Assembly (NCBI GenBank): GCA_965217185.1
Contig: OZ244252.1
Coordinates: forward strand, 672,001-736,000
Source: an uncultured Candidatus Entotheonella sp.
GTDB taxonomy: Bacteria; Tectomicrobia; Entotheonellia; Entotheonellales; Entotheonellaceae
DNA length: 64,000 bases
Direction: 5' to 3'
Shown: positions 20,494-29,915 of the stretch, piece by piece
Position numbering within the stretch: position 1 is the stretch's first letter
Layout: the number at the start of each line of letters is the position of its first letter
Made by a program: the position numbers and the translations under genes
The notes under the pieces: generated by a model
The model's database searches: none
What the model saw: only the letters and a program-made list of their open reading frames with translations
What the model was told of the DNA's origin: nothing

Positions 20494-21273
20494 GTGCAGC
20501 GGGCATTTCTCTCTCACCGACTCCGTACAATATCGTCTGAGGATCGGCCCTTTCTGATTGATATTGATTGGCTGAATGCAGTTCTCTCAAACGGTGGTCT
20601 GCCCAGTCCCGCTGTTCAGGCGGCGAACATTGTTCGTTTCATTGGCGATGAGGTTTCCCGGTCAGGTGAGAGTGTCCGAAGGCTGCCCGTTGGTTTCCAT
20701 GCGATTATTGGGGCGTTTAACCGCGAGGCAGCCTTTAAGCTGATTAGAGAACTGGAAGAACTAAAAATCCTTACGATTACCCCCACTATAGAGCCTACCG
20801 ACATCAATCTCACTCTTGACGGATGGGAGCGGTACGAAGCAGAAAAGCGAGGCGGTTTTGGCAGAAATTACGGTTTCATCGCCATGCAATTCGGCGACCC
20901 CGCCCTCGACCTTTTTGTGCAAGACATCGTGAAGCCCACGGTGAAAGAGGGCATTGGTTGCGATCTTGTCGACATGCGTGATATTGCACGCGCCGGAGTT
21001 ATCGACAACATCATGCGCACCCAGATCAGGGATGCGGCATTCCTCATTGCCGACCTTACGCACGACAACCCTGGAGCCTATTGGGAGGCGGGTTACGCGG
21101 AGGGTCTGGGAAAGCCTGTCATCTTCATCTGCGAAAAGGAAAAATTCGAGGCCAAAAGGACTCACTTCGACACGAACCATTGCACGACTGTTCCCTGGTC
21201 CAGAGATGACGATGACGGTTTTCGTCAAGCATTGATTGCTGCTCTTCGCAGGTCGCTTGATTTATCTTCATGA
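20494..21273 (+). CDS. Protein with C-terminal nucleoside 2-deoxyribosyltransferase/TIR-like domain; 5' end uncertain, possibly truncated
   Basis: FIAMQF, IADLTHDNPGAYWEAGYAEGLGKPVIFIC, HFD; LT.DGW winged-helix-like segment; lower GC. Confidence 0.72.
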   Translation: MQRAFLSHRLRTISSEDRPFLIDIDWLNAVLSNGGLPSPAVQAANIVRFIGDEVSRSGESVRRLPVGFHAIIGAFNREAAFKLIRELEELKILTITPTIEPTDINLTLDGWERYEAEKRGGFGRNYGFIAMQFGDPALDLFVQDIVKPTVKEGIGCDLVDMRDIARAGVIDNIMRTQIRDAAFLIADLTHDNPGAYWEAGYAEGLGKPVIFICEKEKFEAKRTHFDTNHCTTVPWSRDDDDGFRQALIAALRRSLDLSS

Positions 21274-21297
21274 GCACCTACGGCTAACGTGGCGGAA

Positions 21298-21328
21298 TGT
21301 CGGATTACGCTTCGCCAATCCGACCTAC
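21298..21328 (-). repeat. GTAG-type REP palindrome, copy 3
   Basis: TGTCGGATTACGCTTCGCCAATCCGACCTAC. Confidence 0.85.
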
Positions 21329-21343
21329 AGCAGAGGAGAGGAT

Positions 21344-21511
21344 ATGTCAGTTAGTATTCGTGTCCTTCAAATCTTTGATGAGTTGAGTGAGGCGGGCCTT
21401 GCAGAAGTGGCCGGGATGTACGCCGAGTTCTCCGAAGAAGATCGTATTCTCGCCGAGGAAGGGGTATCCGATTACACGGCTGGTCTGCGTCAGGAGGACA
21501 TCCAACGGTGA
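21344..21511 (+). CDS. Small acidic protein, possibly an orphan antitoxin
   Basis: GAGGAG RBS; EEDRILAEEGVSDY. Confidence 0.45.
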   Translation: MSVSIRVLQIFDELSEAGLAEVAGMYAEFSEEDRILAEEGVSDYTAGLRQEDIQR

Positions 21512-21632
21512 CAGACGTAGCCATGAACAGGTTTGTTAGGGTAGCATGCACTGTTGCAGTGTGTGCGAAGTATATACGGGATGGCGCATTCGAGATCATC
21601 TGTTTGCAACGCGCCTTTGGAGATGATCGGTA

Positions 21633-23303
21633 ATGACCAGAATCGAAGAAAAATTCCTTGGCAAGGTAAATCGCTTTCATACTGCGTTTGCGTTCCGTGG
21701 TCAGGAGGACGCAAGTTGGAAGCTGCATTCGTCCGCCGTTCGCCGGCTTATCAGAGATACGGATCGTATTGCACTGAATACGCCGCGGTTCAGAAGAATT
21801 TATGCGAGTTACCATCGTTACGAGCTCATTGAACCCGCTCGTACAGCCGGTTTTGATATTGAAGAAGGCCGCACGATTCCCGATTTGCAGCTTCTCGCCA
21901 AATTGCAACATTTCGGTGCGGCTACCGGATTGATGGATTTCACCTGGAATCCACTGGTGGCGCTCTGGTTCGCGTGCGCGGCGGGAGAAAAGGATGATGA
22001 AGACGGAAAGGTCTTCGTTATCAACCTGAATGATCCAATGAGATGGCGGCGTGTCCCGAGCGGGGACGAGGCGCAAAGCACCGAAAACATCTTTCTACAA
22101 CATGATGACGACGTGCCCCTCTACTGGGAACCGATGGCTCGGAGCGAGGCTTCAGCAAGGATCATTGGGCAGCGGAGCGTTTTCGTAATCGGGCGTCCGT
22201 TGATTCCCGAGGATGCTGTTGTAGAGGAGATACAAATCGATTCAAGCGACAAGAAGGAGATAAGGAAGGAACTTGCCGACATTTTTGATGTAAGCGAGCG
22301 CTCCTTGTTTCGCGACGTGTATGGATTCTCCAGCGTCAATCGTGCGGTTTCACCTGTACGTCTGATGACCGATCCGGACTATTATCTAATGCGAGGTAAT
22401 AGCTTCTATCAGCAGGGTGATTACAGCGAAGCAATTGAAAGCTATGGCAGGTGTATTGAACTGGCAGGGGACGTCCGTGAGCCGTACTTGCTGCGTGGAA
22501 ATGCGCGATCGGAGATTCAAGATTATGCGGGCGCTCTGGAGGACTACGATTCGGCTCAGAAGTGTACGAGACTCTATCTCAACTGGCCTCCAAATACCCA
22601 GATCGTTCATGATCCCGAGATGCATACAATTCTATTCAATCGAGGCAACGTGAAAGCCGCTTCAGGTGATCACCGTGGCGCAATAGCCGACTATAATCGA
22701 GCGCTTGAACTCGACCTGAACGGGTATCTCGCAGAATCGATTTTCTTTAATCGAGCCAATACCAGAACCGTACTACGGAGGTTTGAAGAAGCGATAGAGG
22801 ACTACGACCAAGCCATTCGGATTGCGGATTCACAGGGCAGAAACGCCGAAAACGCTTATTTCAACAAGGGGAACGTTTTGGTGCTCTGCGGTCGATTCAG
22901 CGAAGCTCTGCAGTGCTACAACAGATCGTCACGAATTTCCAATTCTGGCGCTGGCAACAAAGCCAATGCCGCGCTGCTTCTGGAGCGCATCGGTAATGCC
23001 AGATTTACGTGCCATGTGGACGAGTCGGCGACTCTTGGGGAGTCGTTGGCTCGTGTGTTGGTCACAGTCGTCGATAGTACTGTGAAGCCCGAGCACTTCA
23101 GTCCCTTGTTTCAGGGCAACGTGGGAAATGCCGGAAATTGCGGAGGGAATGGCATCCCTGGAGGGAAAGGGTTCCCAGGGAAGATGGGTTTTTATGTGGA
23201 ATTGTCATGGCCGCCGGATGATCCCACCCTCGAAACGAAAATGGCCAAAGCCGAGGGCATAATGGGACGCTATCATAACACCCTGCAAATTTTGGCCAAG
23301 TGA
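21633..23303 (+). CDS. FRG-domain plus TPR protein with an antitoxin-like C-terminal tail
   Basis: FRGQ, LQHFGAATGLMDFTWNPLVALWFAC, RIIGQRSVF; TPRs (FNRGN, AIADYNRALEL). Confidence 0.88.
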   Translation: MTRIEEKFLGKVNRFHTAFAFRGQEDASWKLHSSAVRRLIRDTDRIALNTPRFRRIYASYHRYELIEPARTAGFDIEEGRTIPDLQLLAKLQHFGAATGLMDFTWNPLVALWFACAAGEKDDEDGKVFVINLNDPMRWRRVPSGDEAQSTENIFLQHDDDVPLYWEPMARSEASARIIGQRSVFVIGRPLIPEDAVVEEIQIDSSDKKEIRKELADIFDVSERSLFRDVYGFSSVNRAVSPVRLMTDPDYYLMRGNSFYQQGDYSEAIESYGRCIELAGDVREPYLLRGNARSEIQDYAGALEDYDSAQKCTRLYLNWPPNTQIVHDPEMHTILFNRGNVKAASGDHRGAIADYNRALELDLNGYLAESIFFNRANTRTVLRRFEEAIEDYDQAIRIADSQGRNAENAYFNKGNVLVLCGRFSEALQCYNRSSRISNSGAGNKANAALLLERIGNARFTCHVDESATLGESLARVLVTVVDSTVKPEHFSPLFQGNVGNAGNCGGNGIPGGKGFPGKMGFYVELSWPPDDPTLETKMAKAEGIMGRYHNTLQILAK

Positions 23304-23692
23304 CGCAACCTGCCTGGGTCGAAGCGTCAGACGTGCTGAGGCTGCATGATCGCCTGCTTGCGCTTGACGGTGGCATGGCGGGTCTGCGCGACGGTGCTTT
23401 GCTGGAGTCGGCTCTGGCACGGCCGCAGCAGCTTCACGCCTATGCGGAGGGCTCTGACATCATCGACATGGCGGCCGCCTACACGGCCGGTCTTCTCCAA
23501 AATCATGTCTTTCTCGACGGCAATAAGCGCACAGGGTTTGTGGTCGGTATTCTGTTTCTGGAGTTGAACGGCTATCGCTTTACTGCTACGGAAGACGCTG
23601 CGACCCAGGCTGTTCTCGAACTGGCGGCCGGCACGCTGGACGAAGCGGGATACGCGGCTTTCCTGCGCGCAAACACCGCCGCGGAGTGCTGA
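23300..23692 (+). CDS. doc: Death-on-curing (Doc/Fic) toxin
   Basis: GLRD..LLESALARP, HVFLDGNKRTG; GTGA overlap with the upstream stop. Confidence 0.9.
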   Translation: MTQPAWVEASDVLRLHDRLLALDGGMAGLRDGALLESALARPQQLHAYAEGSDIIDMAAAYTAGLLQNHVFLDGNKRTGFVVGILFLELNGYRFTATEDAATQAVLELAAGTLDEAGYAAFLRANTAAEC

Positions 23693-23744
23693 GGACCGCT
23701 GAATTGAGGCGACCGGGAAGACTCCAACGGACGGAGAAAGTACT

Positions 23745-24587
23745 ATGAGCCTACGAACCACGCTGCCGTGGGCCGCGTTCATCCTGGCGGGTTACTTGTC
23801 CGCGGCCTGTCACGCCAGGCAGGCCAGCCAGCCGCCGATGGCCGCCATCCCGGCGGGGGAATTTTGGATGGGCAGCACGCCTGAGGAACGGGAATACGGG
23901 TATGGGCTGGATGAGACCTTGCACGGCAGCACCGTGGCGCGTCGGCAGGGCTGGTTTGAGGTCGAAACCCGGCAACGCCTCGGCCTGCCTGCGTATCGCA
24001 TTGACCGCAATTTGGTATCCAATGCCGACTACGCGCGGTTCGTGGCCGATACCGAGCACCGCGCGCCGTTTGTCAGCGAATCGGTCTGGCGTGGTTACCG
24101 GCTCGTCCACGGCTACGCCGCCGTCCTTAAATTCCTGTGGCGAGACGGGCGCCCGCCGGAGGGCCGCGAGCAGCATCCCGTGGTGCTGGTCAGTCACGCC
24201 GATGCCGCTGACTACTGCGCCTGGCGCGGGGTGCGGCTGCCGAGCGAGGCGGAATGGGAAAAGGCGGCCCGCGGCACCGACGGGCGCTACTTTCCGTGGG
24301 GTGATACGTTCGACGCCGAGCGGCTGAACAGCGAGGATGGCGGACCGTTCGACACGGTGCCGGTGGGACAGTACCCGAACGGGCAGAGCCCTTACGGCGT
24401 GCTCGACATGGCCGGGCAGGTGTTCGAGTGGACGGCGACGTTGTTCAGGAAGGAGCCGCCGAGGTACGTGGTGAAGGGCGGCTCGTGGGACGATTTTCCC
24501 GGCGTTACGCGGTCGGCGGCGCGGCACGGCCGACCGCCGGAACTGAAGCACATTTTGATTGGTTTTCGCTGCGCCGAATCGCCTTAA
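23745..24587 (+). CDS. Formylglycine-generating enzyme (SUMF1/FGE-sulfatase) domain protein, exported
   Basis: IPAGEFWMGS, HPVVLVS, RLPSEAEWEKAARG, DMAGQVFEW, IGFRC. Confidence 0.9.
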   Translation: MSLRTTLPWAAFILAGYLSAACHARQASQPPMAAIPAGEFWMGSTPEEREYGYGLDETLHGSTVARRQGWFEVETRQRLGLPAYRIDRNLVSNADYARFVADTEHRAPFVSESVWRGYRLVHGYAAVLKFLWRDGRPPEGREQHPVVLVSHADAADYCAWRGVRLPSEAEWEKAARGTDGRYFPWGDTFDAERLNSEDGGPFDTVPVGQYPNGQSPYGVLDMAGQVFEWTATLFRKEPPRYVVKGGSWDDFPGVTRSAARHGRPPELKHILIGFRCAESP

Positions 24588-24597
24588 ATCAATTCGG

Positions 24598-24640
24598 TTT
24601 CCCCCTCACCCCAGCTCTCTCCTGCCATGGAAGAGGGGGC
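24598..24640. repeat. CCCCTCACCCC-type intergenic repeat between convergent genes
   Basis: Inverse diverged copy of the 14500 and 52203 repeats. Confidence 0.6.
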
Positions 24641-24658
24641 AAGCCCATTCCTTGTCTC

Positions 24659-25909
24659 TCAATTCCCAACCATCGGCACCGGAACGTGCTGCTCGAAGAC
24701 GGTGAACGACGACGTTGCCGTCTTCTCCAGTGCCGCTTCCAGATGCGCCTTCCCAAGACTGCCGCGATCCCGCTTCAGAACCGCCTCGAAGAACCGCTGG
24801 TAGAAATGGTCGGGATGCACCACGATCCGCACCCGCAGCGTGGCCGCGGTGTCCGGCAGCGCCATCGCGTAGCCGAAATCCAGCGATGCCTTGGGCGCGA
24901 TGCGCGTGTCGTACTCTTCCCGGGACAGGTTGAGGGCGATTTCGCGCCCAATAATGGCTTCCTGGAAACTGTCGGCGATGACCTCGCCAGCGGTGTCCAG
25001 CAAATCCCCCTGCACGAAAATCTTCGGCGTCACGTAGGTCGGTAGGTAATGCCCGGCGCCGCTGTTCGTCACGGTGATGGTGGCTTGCAGGGTATCGCCC
25101 GGACGGTAGGCGGGCGCCAGCGGCGAGACGCTGACCGTCATCGCCTGCCGCACCATGTCCGGGTCCTGGATGCCGCGCCACAGGTGGCGGCGATCCGGCA
25201 TGTGGCAGCCCTGGCACTGCACCCCATCCTCGGCGTATGGGCTGGCCTGCCACTCGGCAAAGGTGTTTTCGAGCAGCTTGCCGTTGAGGGCGAAGGCACC
25301 CTCGGCGAATTGGTGGCACGGCTTGCAGAACTCGGAGCGCTGAAACGCCGTCGTGGCCGTGAAGCCGCCGTGCGGCTGCACCACGTCGGCGGGCGGCGTC
25401 GGAACCTCCGGCCGGCGCGGCGGCCCGAAGCGTTCGTGCTGCCGCACGTGGCAGCCGGCGCAGATCAGCCCCGCTGCTTGCAACGCCGGGTCGAAAGCCT
25501 CGTTCGGATGGTATTCGGAGCCCTCCTTGACGTGTGGAATTTGCTCGCTGAGCGGCGTGTGGCAGGTGGCGCAGATCGTGTACGTGGCGGGATTCTTGCT
25601 TTCCATGTTGAGGAGTTGCCCGTATATCCCCGGCCCCATGCTGCGGCTGTGCAGGCTGGTTTTCCAATCCTCGAACTGTTGGCGATGGCAGAGCGCGCAT
25701 TCCTTGGGATGCAGCGACGCCTCGATGGGCGAGAAGGCGGCCGGCGGGTCGCCCTGGGGCGGCACGGGCAGGCGCCAGTGGTGTTTCAGAAAGGCGTCCA
25801 CGTCGTCGCTCGACTGTGCTTCGCCGGCGCGTTGCGGCCCCCACAGCAGCGCCGTCGTCAGCGCAAGCACGGTCACTACCAGCCCCATCTTCCAGCGAAC
25901 CAGCCGCAT
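24659..25909 (-). CDS. Multiheme c-type cytochrome (5 CXXCH)
   Basis: CALCH, CATCH, CAGCH, CKPCH, CQGCH; signal peptide; GAGHYLPT. Confidence 0.88.
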   Translation of the reverse strand: MRLVRWKMGLVVTVLALTTALLWGPQRAGEAQSSDDVDAFLKHHWRLPVPPQGDPPAAFSPIEASLHPKECALCHRQQFEDWKTSLHSRSMGPGIYGQLLNMESKNPATYTICATCHTPLSEQIPHVKEGSEYHPNEAFDPALQAAGLICAGCHVRQHERFGPPRRPEVPTPPADVVQPHGGFTATTAFQRSEFCKPCHQFAEGAFALNGKLLENTFAEWQASPYAEDGVQCQGCHMPDRRHLWRGIQDPDMVRQAMTVSVSPLAPAYRPGDTLQATITVTNSGAGHYLPTYVTPKIFVQGDLLDTAGEVIADSFQEAIIGREIALNLSREEYDTRIAPKASLDFGYAMALPDTAATLRVRIVVHPDHFYQRFFEAVLKRDRGSLGKAHLEAALEKTATSSFTVFEQHVPVPMVGN

Positions 25910-25939
25910 TCTGTCGCCTCCCCAGTTCTTGATTGAGCC

Positions 25940-26728
25940 TTACCGGTGTTGAAAGCGTGGTTCCCGTTTGCCGATGAACGCCTCCACGCCCTCGCGCGCG
26001 TCCTCGGTTTGGAACACCTTGGCGAACAGGTCCGCCTCGATCTGCAGACCCTCGGCCAGGGTGGTGCCCAATCCGCGATGCACCGCCTGCTGAATGTAAC
26101 GCAGGGCCACACCCGGCCTCTCCGTTAGGCGTTTGGCCATTTCCTTGGCGGCAGACAGCGCCTCTCCGGCCGGCACCACGTGATTCGCCAGGCCGATCCG
26201 GTGTGCCTCTTCGGCGTTGATCGGGTCACCCGTGAACATGATTTCCTTGGCGATGCCGGCGCCGACCAGACGCGGCAGCCGCTGCGTGCCGCCGGCGCCC
26301 GGCAGCAGGCCCAGCTTGATTTCCGGCTGCCCCATTTGCGCGTTGGCCGCCACGATGCGCATGTCGCAGGCCATGCTCACTTCCATGCCGCCGCCCAGCG
26401 CCAAGCCATTGACGGCCGCCAGCACCGGCTTGCCCAGGTTCTCGACAGCGCCCAAGCTGGCATGCAGCCGCTGGGCCAATTTCTCGGCCCGGCCGGGTTT
26501 CAGGAGGCCCGGAAATTCCTTGATGTCGAAGCCAGCGCAAAAGGCCCGCTCGCCGTCGCCGGTGATAATCGCCACTAACACCTCGGGGTCGTCCGCCAAC
26601 CCGGTGAAGCACGCTGCCAATTCTTCCACCATCTGCGGGTGCAACACGTTCAGCGGCGGGTTGGTGAGCGAAACGATGGCGAGCGGGCCTTCCTTGTCGA
26701 GGCGAATCATTTGCCAATCGGCAGCCAT
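25940..26728 (-). CDS. Enoyl-CoA hydratase/isomerase
   Basis: AFCAGFDI, ALGGGME, PEIKLGLLPGAGGTQRL. Confidence 0.92.
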   Translation of the reverse strand: MAADWQMIRLDKEGPLAIVSLTNPPLNVLHPQMVEELAACFTGLADDPEVLVAIITGDGERAFCAGFDIKEFPGLLKPGRAEKLAQRLHASLGAVENLGKPVLAAVNGLALGGGMEVSMACDMRIVAANAQMGQPEIKLGLLPGAGGTQRLPRLVGAGIAKEIMFTGDPINAEEAHRIGLANHVVPAGEALSAAKEMAKRLTERPGVALRYIQQAVHRGLGTTLAEGLQIEADLFAKVFQTEDAREGVEAFIGKREPRFQHR

Positions 26729-26751
26729 GTGGGTCTCCTGTCCGGGCAGTA

Positions 26752-27405
26752 TCAGGTGGTTTGATCCCGCAGGTAGCGGGTGAGGTCCTCGATATTCTGT
26801 TCGACCGACGGCATGTTGGGGTTGACGACGATGGCGCGCTTGAACAACTCCAGGGCCTTGACCGGATTGCGCAGCCCCAGGTAGACCAGACCCGAGCCGC
26901 TGAGCGCCCCGAAGTGGATGGGGTTGAGCTCCAGCGTCTTGTCGCAGTCCTCTATGGACTCTTCGTATCGCTCCTGCATGTAATAAACGGTGGCGCGCTT
27001 GTTGTAACCCTCGGCGAAGTCGGGGGCCATGGCGATGACCTCCGAGAAGATGTTCACAGCCTCGTCCAGGGCGCGCCGGTTCATGGCGTCGATGCCCGCC
27101 TGCAAACGGCGGTCCACCTCGGCGTCGCCCGAGCGGTGCCACACCTGCCACAGCGCCTGCGCCGATGTTTCGCGCACCATGCGGTCGGTGTCGTGCATCG
27201 CTTTGGCGAGGGGCTGGGCGGCTCGTTGATCGCCGATACGCGCCAGGGTCAGGACGGCCTGTCGCCGCTCGGTGGTCTTGCCCTTCTCCAGCATGGCGAT
27301 GGCCTCGCTGACCGGCTCGGCGGAGCCGTTGCGCGACAGCAGCACCATGAGCGCCAGCCCGGCCGCCATCATCAACAGATTGGTAGGGGCAGAAACGATC
27401 ATCAT
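26752..27405 (-). CDS. HEAT- and TPR-repeat protein
   Basis: PDFAEGYNKRATVYY, LNPIHFGALSG. Confidence 0.8.
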   Translation of the reverse strand: MMIVSAPTNLLMMAAGLALMVLLSRNGSAEPVSEAIAMLEKGKTTERRQAVLTLARIGDQRAAQPLAKAMHDTDRMVRETSAQALWQVWHRSGDAEVDRRLQAGIDAMNRRALDEAVNIFSEVIAMAPDFAEGYNKRATVYYMQERYEESIEDCDKTLELNPIHFGALSGSGLVYLGLRNPVKALELFKRAIVVNPNMPSVEQNIEDLTRYLRDQTT

Positions 27406-27435
27406 CGCATTCTCCTCATGATCCTACGGGTTGAT

Positions 27436-28356
27436 TCAATCGCCGGCCAGCGACAGGCCCGTGGCCAGCCGGCAGGCGGCGCGCACCGTCTGGCAGTGCG
27501 CCTCAACGATGGCCTCGATCTCAGGCGCGTAACCGCCGCCCATCGTGATAACCAGCGGCACGTCGGCGTTGCGAAAGGCGGACAATACGCGGACATCGCG
27601 CCGCCGCAGGCCGTCCAGCGACAACGACAACCGCCCGAGCCGGTCGCCTTCGTAGGGATCGACGCCCGCCAGATACCAGACCATCTGGGGGCGAAACTCC
27701 CGCTGCACGGTCCGCAAGGCGCCGTCCAGAGCTTCCAGATATTCGGCGTCGCCGGTGCCGTCGGGCAGCGGCACGTCCAGGTCGCTCGGCGGCTTGTCGA
27801 ACGGGTAATTCTTCTCGCCGTGCAGGGAACACGTGTAAACGCTGGAATCATCCGCAAAGATGGTCGCCGTGCCGTTGCCCTGATGTACGTCGCAATCGAC
27901 CACCGCGGCGCGTTGCAAGCCATGATCGCGCTGCAAGACCCGAATGGCCACGGCGATGTCGTTGAACACCGAGAACCCCTCGCCGTGATCCGCAAACGCG
28001 TGATGCGAACCACCCGCCAGATTCGCCGCCAGGCCGTCGCGCCACGCCAGACGGCTGGCCGTGATCGTGCCGTGTACCGCCAGCCGCGCGCGCCGCGCCA
28101 AGGCGGCCGACCACGGAAAGCCCAGCGTGCGCATCTCCTTGGCCGTCATGTCGCCGGCGAGAAATCGCGTGACGTAATCGCGTGTGTGCACCAGCAGAAG
28201 GTCTTCCGTCGCCACCGGCTGAGGCGCCACTATTTGCTCCGGCGCCAGGGTGCCATCAGCGAGCAGGCGTTCGCAGACCAAGCCGTATTTCTGCATCGGA
28301 AACCGGTGCCCGGCACCGATGTCCACGACGTAGCCCGGATGGTAGGTGACGCGCAT
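27436..28356 (-). CDS. Histone-deacetylase family protein
   Basis: HRFPMQKY, GGSHHA, DCDVHQGNGT, AGVDP, GGGY. Confidence 0.92.
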   Translation of the reverse strand: MRVTYHPGYVVDIGAGHRFPMQKYGLVCERLLADGTLAPEQIVAPQPVATEDLLLVHTRDYVTRFLAGDMTAKEMRTLGFPWSAALARRARLAVHGTITASRLAWRDGLAANLAGGSHHAFADHGEGFSVFNDIAVAIRVLQRDHGLQRAAVVDCDVHQGNGTATIFADDSSVYTCSLHGEKNYPFDKPPSDLDVPLPDGTGDAEYLEALDGALRTVQREFRPQMVWYLAGVDPYEGDRLGRLSLSLDGLRRRDVRVLSAFRNADVPLVITMGGGYAPEIEAIVEAHCQTVRAACRLATGLSLAGD

Positions 28357-28363
28357 ACGTTCC

Positions 28364-29240
28364 TCACGCACCCTCGGGTTTTTCCTTCAAGAGAGGGTTG
28401 CCTACGTCTGGCGAGAGTGTGTTTCTGAGTTCCTTTACGTCTCGTCTGAAATCGGATGTTAGTCGTGCCCAGTATCTGGCCACCGGCAAAGCGTACTTTA
28501 CGGCAATCATCAAAAAAGCTATGGGGAGCAGGACATTCTTTACGATAACAACAATCGTCAGCTTGACGATTGTTGTCACGACCCCTCCGGCCTTGCCAAT
28601 GAGGTCTCTGACACGTGCGTAGCCTTCTCCGCCCATGGCCGACAATTTGCCCAACAATGAAACGCAGTCCTCGCCGGCGCGCCGTTTTTCGATGCACTCA
28701 AGCTCCTCTTCGACGGCACGGATTTGGCTGTCAGCGGTTTCCATCTCGCGGCGGAATTCCTCACGCCTTGCTTCTGCAGACGCGAGTTGTTCTATTTCGA
28801 TGGCGCGGATTCGGTCCTCAACGGTTTCCATCTCACGGCTGATTTCTTCACGCCTCGCTTCTACAGACGCAAGCTGTTCTGTTTCCATGGCACGGACTCG
28901 ACTCTCAATGGCCTCCACCTCAAGGCGTATTTCCTCGCGTCTTGCTTCTGCCGCTGCGAGCTTTTCTCCGGGGGACACACCGCCAAGACTTTCGGGCAAG
29001 TAGCGGCGCAGGCCGACCTCGTTACGGAGTTCCTGGATCCGGGCATCCAGTGCCTCAGCATCCTGTGTCAGGACGCCATGCGTTTGAAGGAGTTCATCCA
29101 GTTCGGGCAATCCAGACGGCGTGAGGGCTCGCTGTTCATCGGCAGGGAGGCCACCGAGACTTTCGGGCAAGTAGCGGCGGCGCAGGCCGGCCCCACCGCT
29201 GAGTTCCCGGATTTGAGCATCCAGTGCCTCAGTTTGATTC
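28364..29240 (-). pseudogene. Repeat-containing coiled-coil membrane protein, apparently 5'-truncated
   Basis: Two EALDA.I.EL...RRYLPESLGG modules, three 29-aa LA..EARREE repeats, C-terminal TM; no clean start codon. Confidence 0.55.
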
Positions 29241-29275
29241 TGTGAGGACTATTTCCTTGCATTTGATTGCCCCCT

Positions 29276-29338
29276 TCAAACGCATCCAACCCCGTCAACG
29301 CGCGGTCCAGAACCAGGGTGTGTCGTCGGTGCCCTCGT
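29276..29338 (-). repeat. Degenerate duplicate of the acyl-CoA dehydrogenase 3' end (29916-29983)
   Basis: GCATCCAACCCCGTCA..CCAGAACCAGGGTGTG..TCGTCGGTGCCCTCGT occurs twice. Confidence 0.85.
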
Positions 29339-29389
29339 GCCCCATAGTTGTTGCAACTTCGGATCGGGTAGCTATGGAGCCGTTGTTGG

Positions 29390-29803
29390 TTACTGGAAGA
29401 CGCCCTTGAACAGGATCAGCACAATCGATCCCAGGAACCCGAAGACCACCAAGCCAAAGAGCCATATCAACCAGCCACGCATCTGGCGCATGTCCGCATG
29501 AAATTGATCCATGTGCCTTTCCAGGCTATCGAAGCGCAGGCCGATGCCTTCTTTCAAGTCATCAAAACGCTGGTCGATACCCTCCTTCAGGTCGTTAAAA
29601 CGCTGGTCGATGCCCTCTTTCAGATCGTCAAAACGCTGAGTGATGTGAACCAGATTCTGTTCCCGCGCCTTTTCAGCATCGGCCAACCGTCGATTGATGC
29701 TGTCATGGCGCTGTTCGGCAAGCGCGTTCGCGTGGTCGAAACGCTCGTCCATGCGTTTCGAAAACTCGTCGAAATGCTCCTTGCGGACAAATTCTTCTGC
29801 CAT
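29390..29803 (-). CDS. Coiled-coil protein with 11-aa tandem repeats and C-terminal TM
   Basis: RF(D/N)DLKEGI(DQ/GL) three times (33-bp units); hydrophobic tail. Confidence 0.8.
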   Translation of the reverse strand: MAEEFVRKEHFDEFSKRMDERFDHANALAEQRHDSINRRLADAEKAREQNLVHITQRFDDLKEGIDQRFNDLKEGIDQRFDDLKEGIGLRFDSLERHMDQFHADMRQMRGWLIWLFGLVVFGFLGSIVLILFKGVFQ

Positions 29804-29869
29804 TGCCACACCTCTTCAGTAGAATCTCGACCCAGCTTTTTCCACCGCCCTCGCGTACCTGAACCAAAT

Positions 29870-29893
29870 GTAGGTCGGATTAGTAATCCGACA
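29870..29893 (+). repeat. GTAG-type REP, short variant, copy 4
   Basis: GTAGGTCGGATTAGTAATCCGACA. Confidence 0.8.
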
Positions 29894-29915
29894 TTCCCCT
29901 CCCCCTCCCAATGTA

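Noticed and set aside
21282..21356. Integron attC-like site (GCTAAC...GTTAGT around a REP)
   Set aside because: Poor RYYYAAC match, right end lies inside the next ORF, no integrase or cassette array
26761..28428. Long antisense or alternate-frame ORFs (also 1693-3111, 5043-6419, 29961-31427, 47175-48542, 57876-59459)
   Set aside because: Shadows of well-supported genes in GC-rich DNA; no motifs
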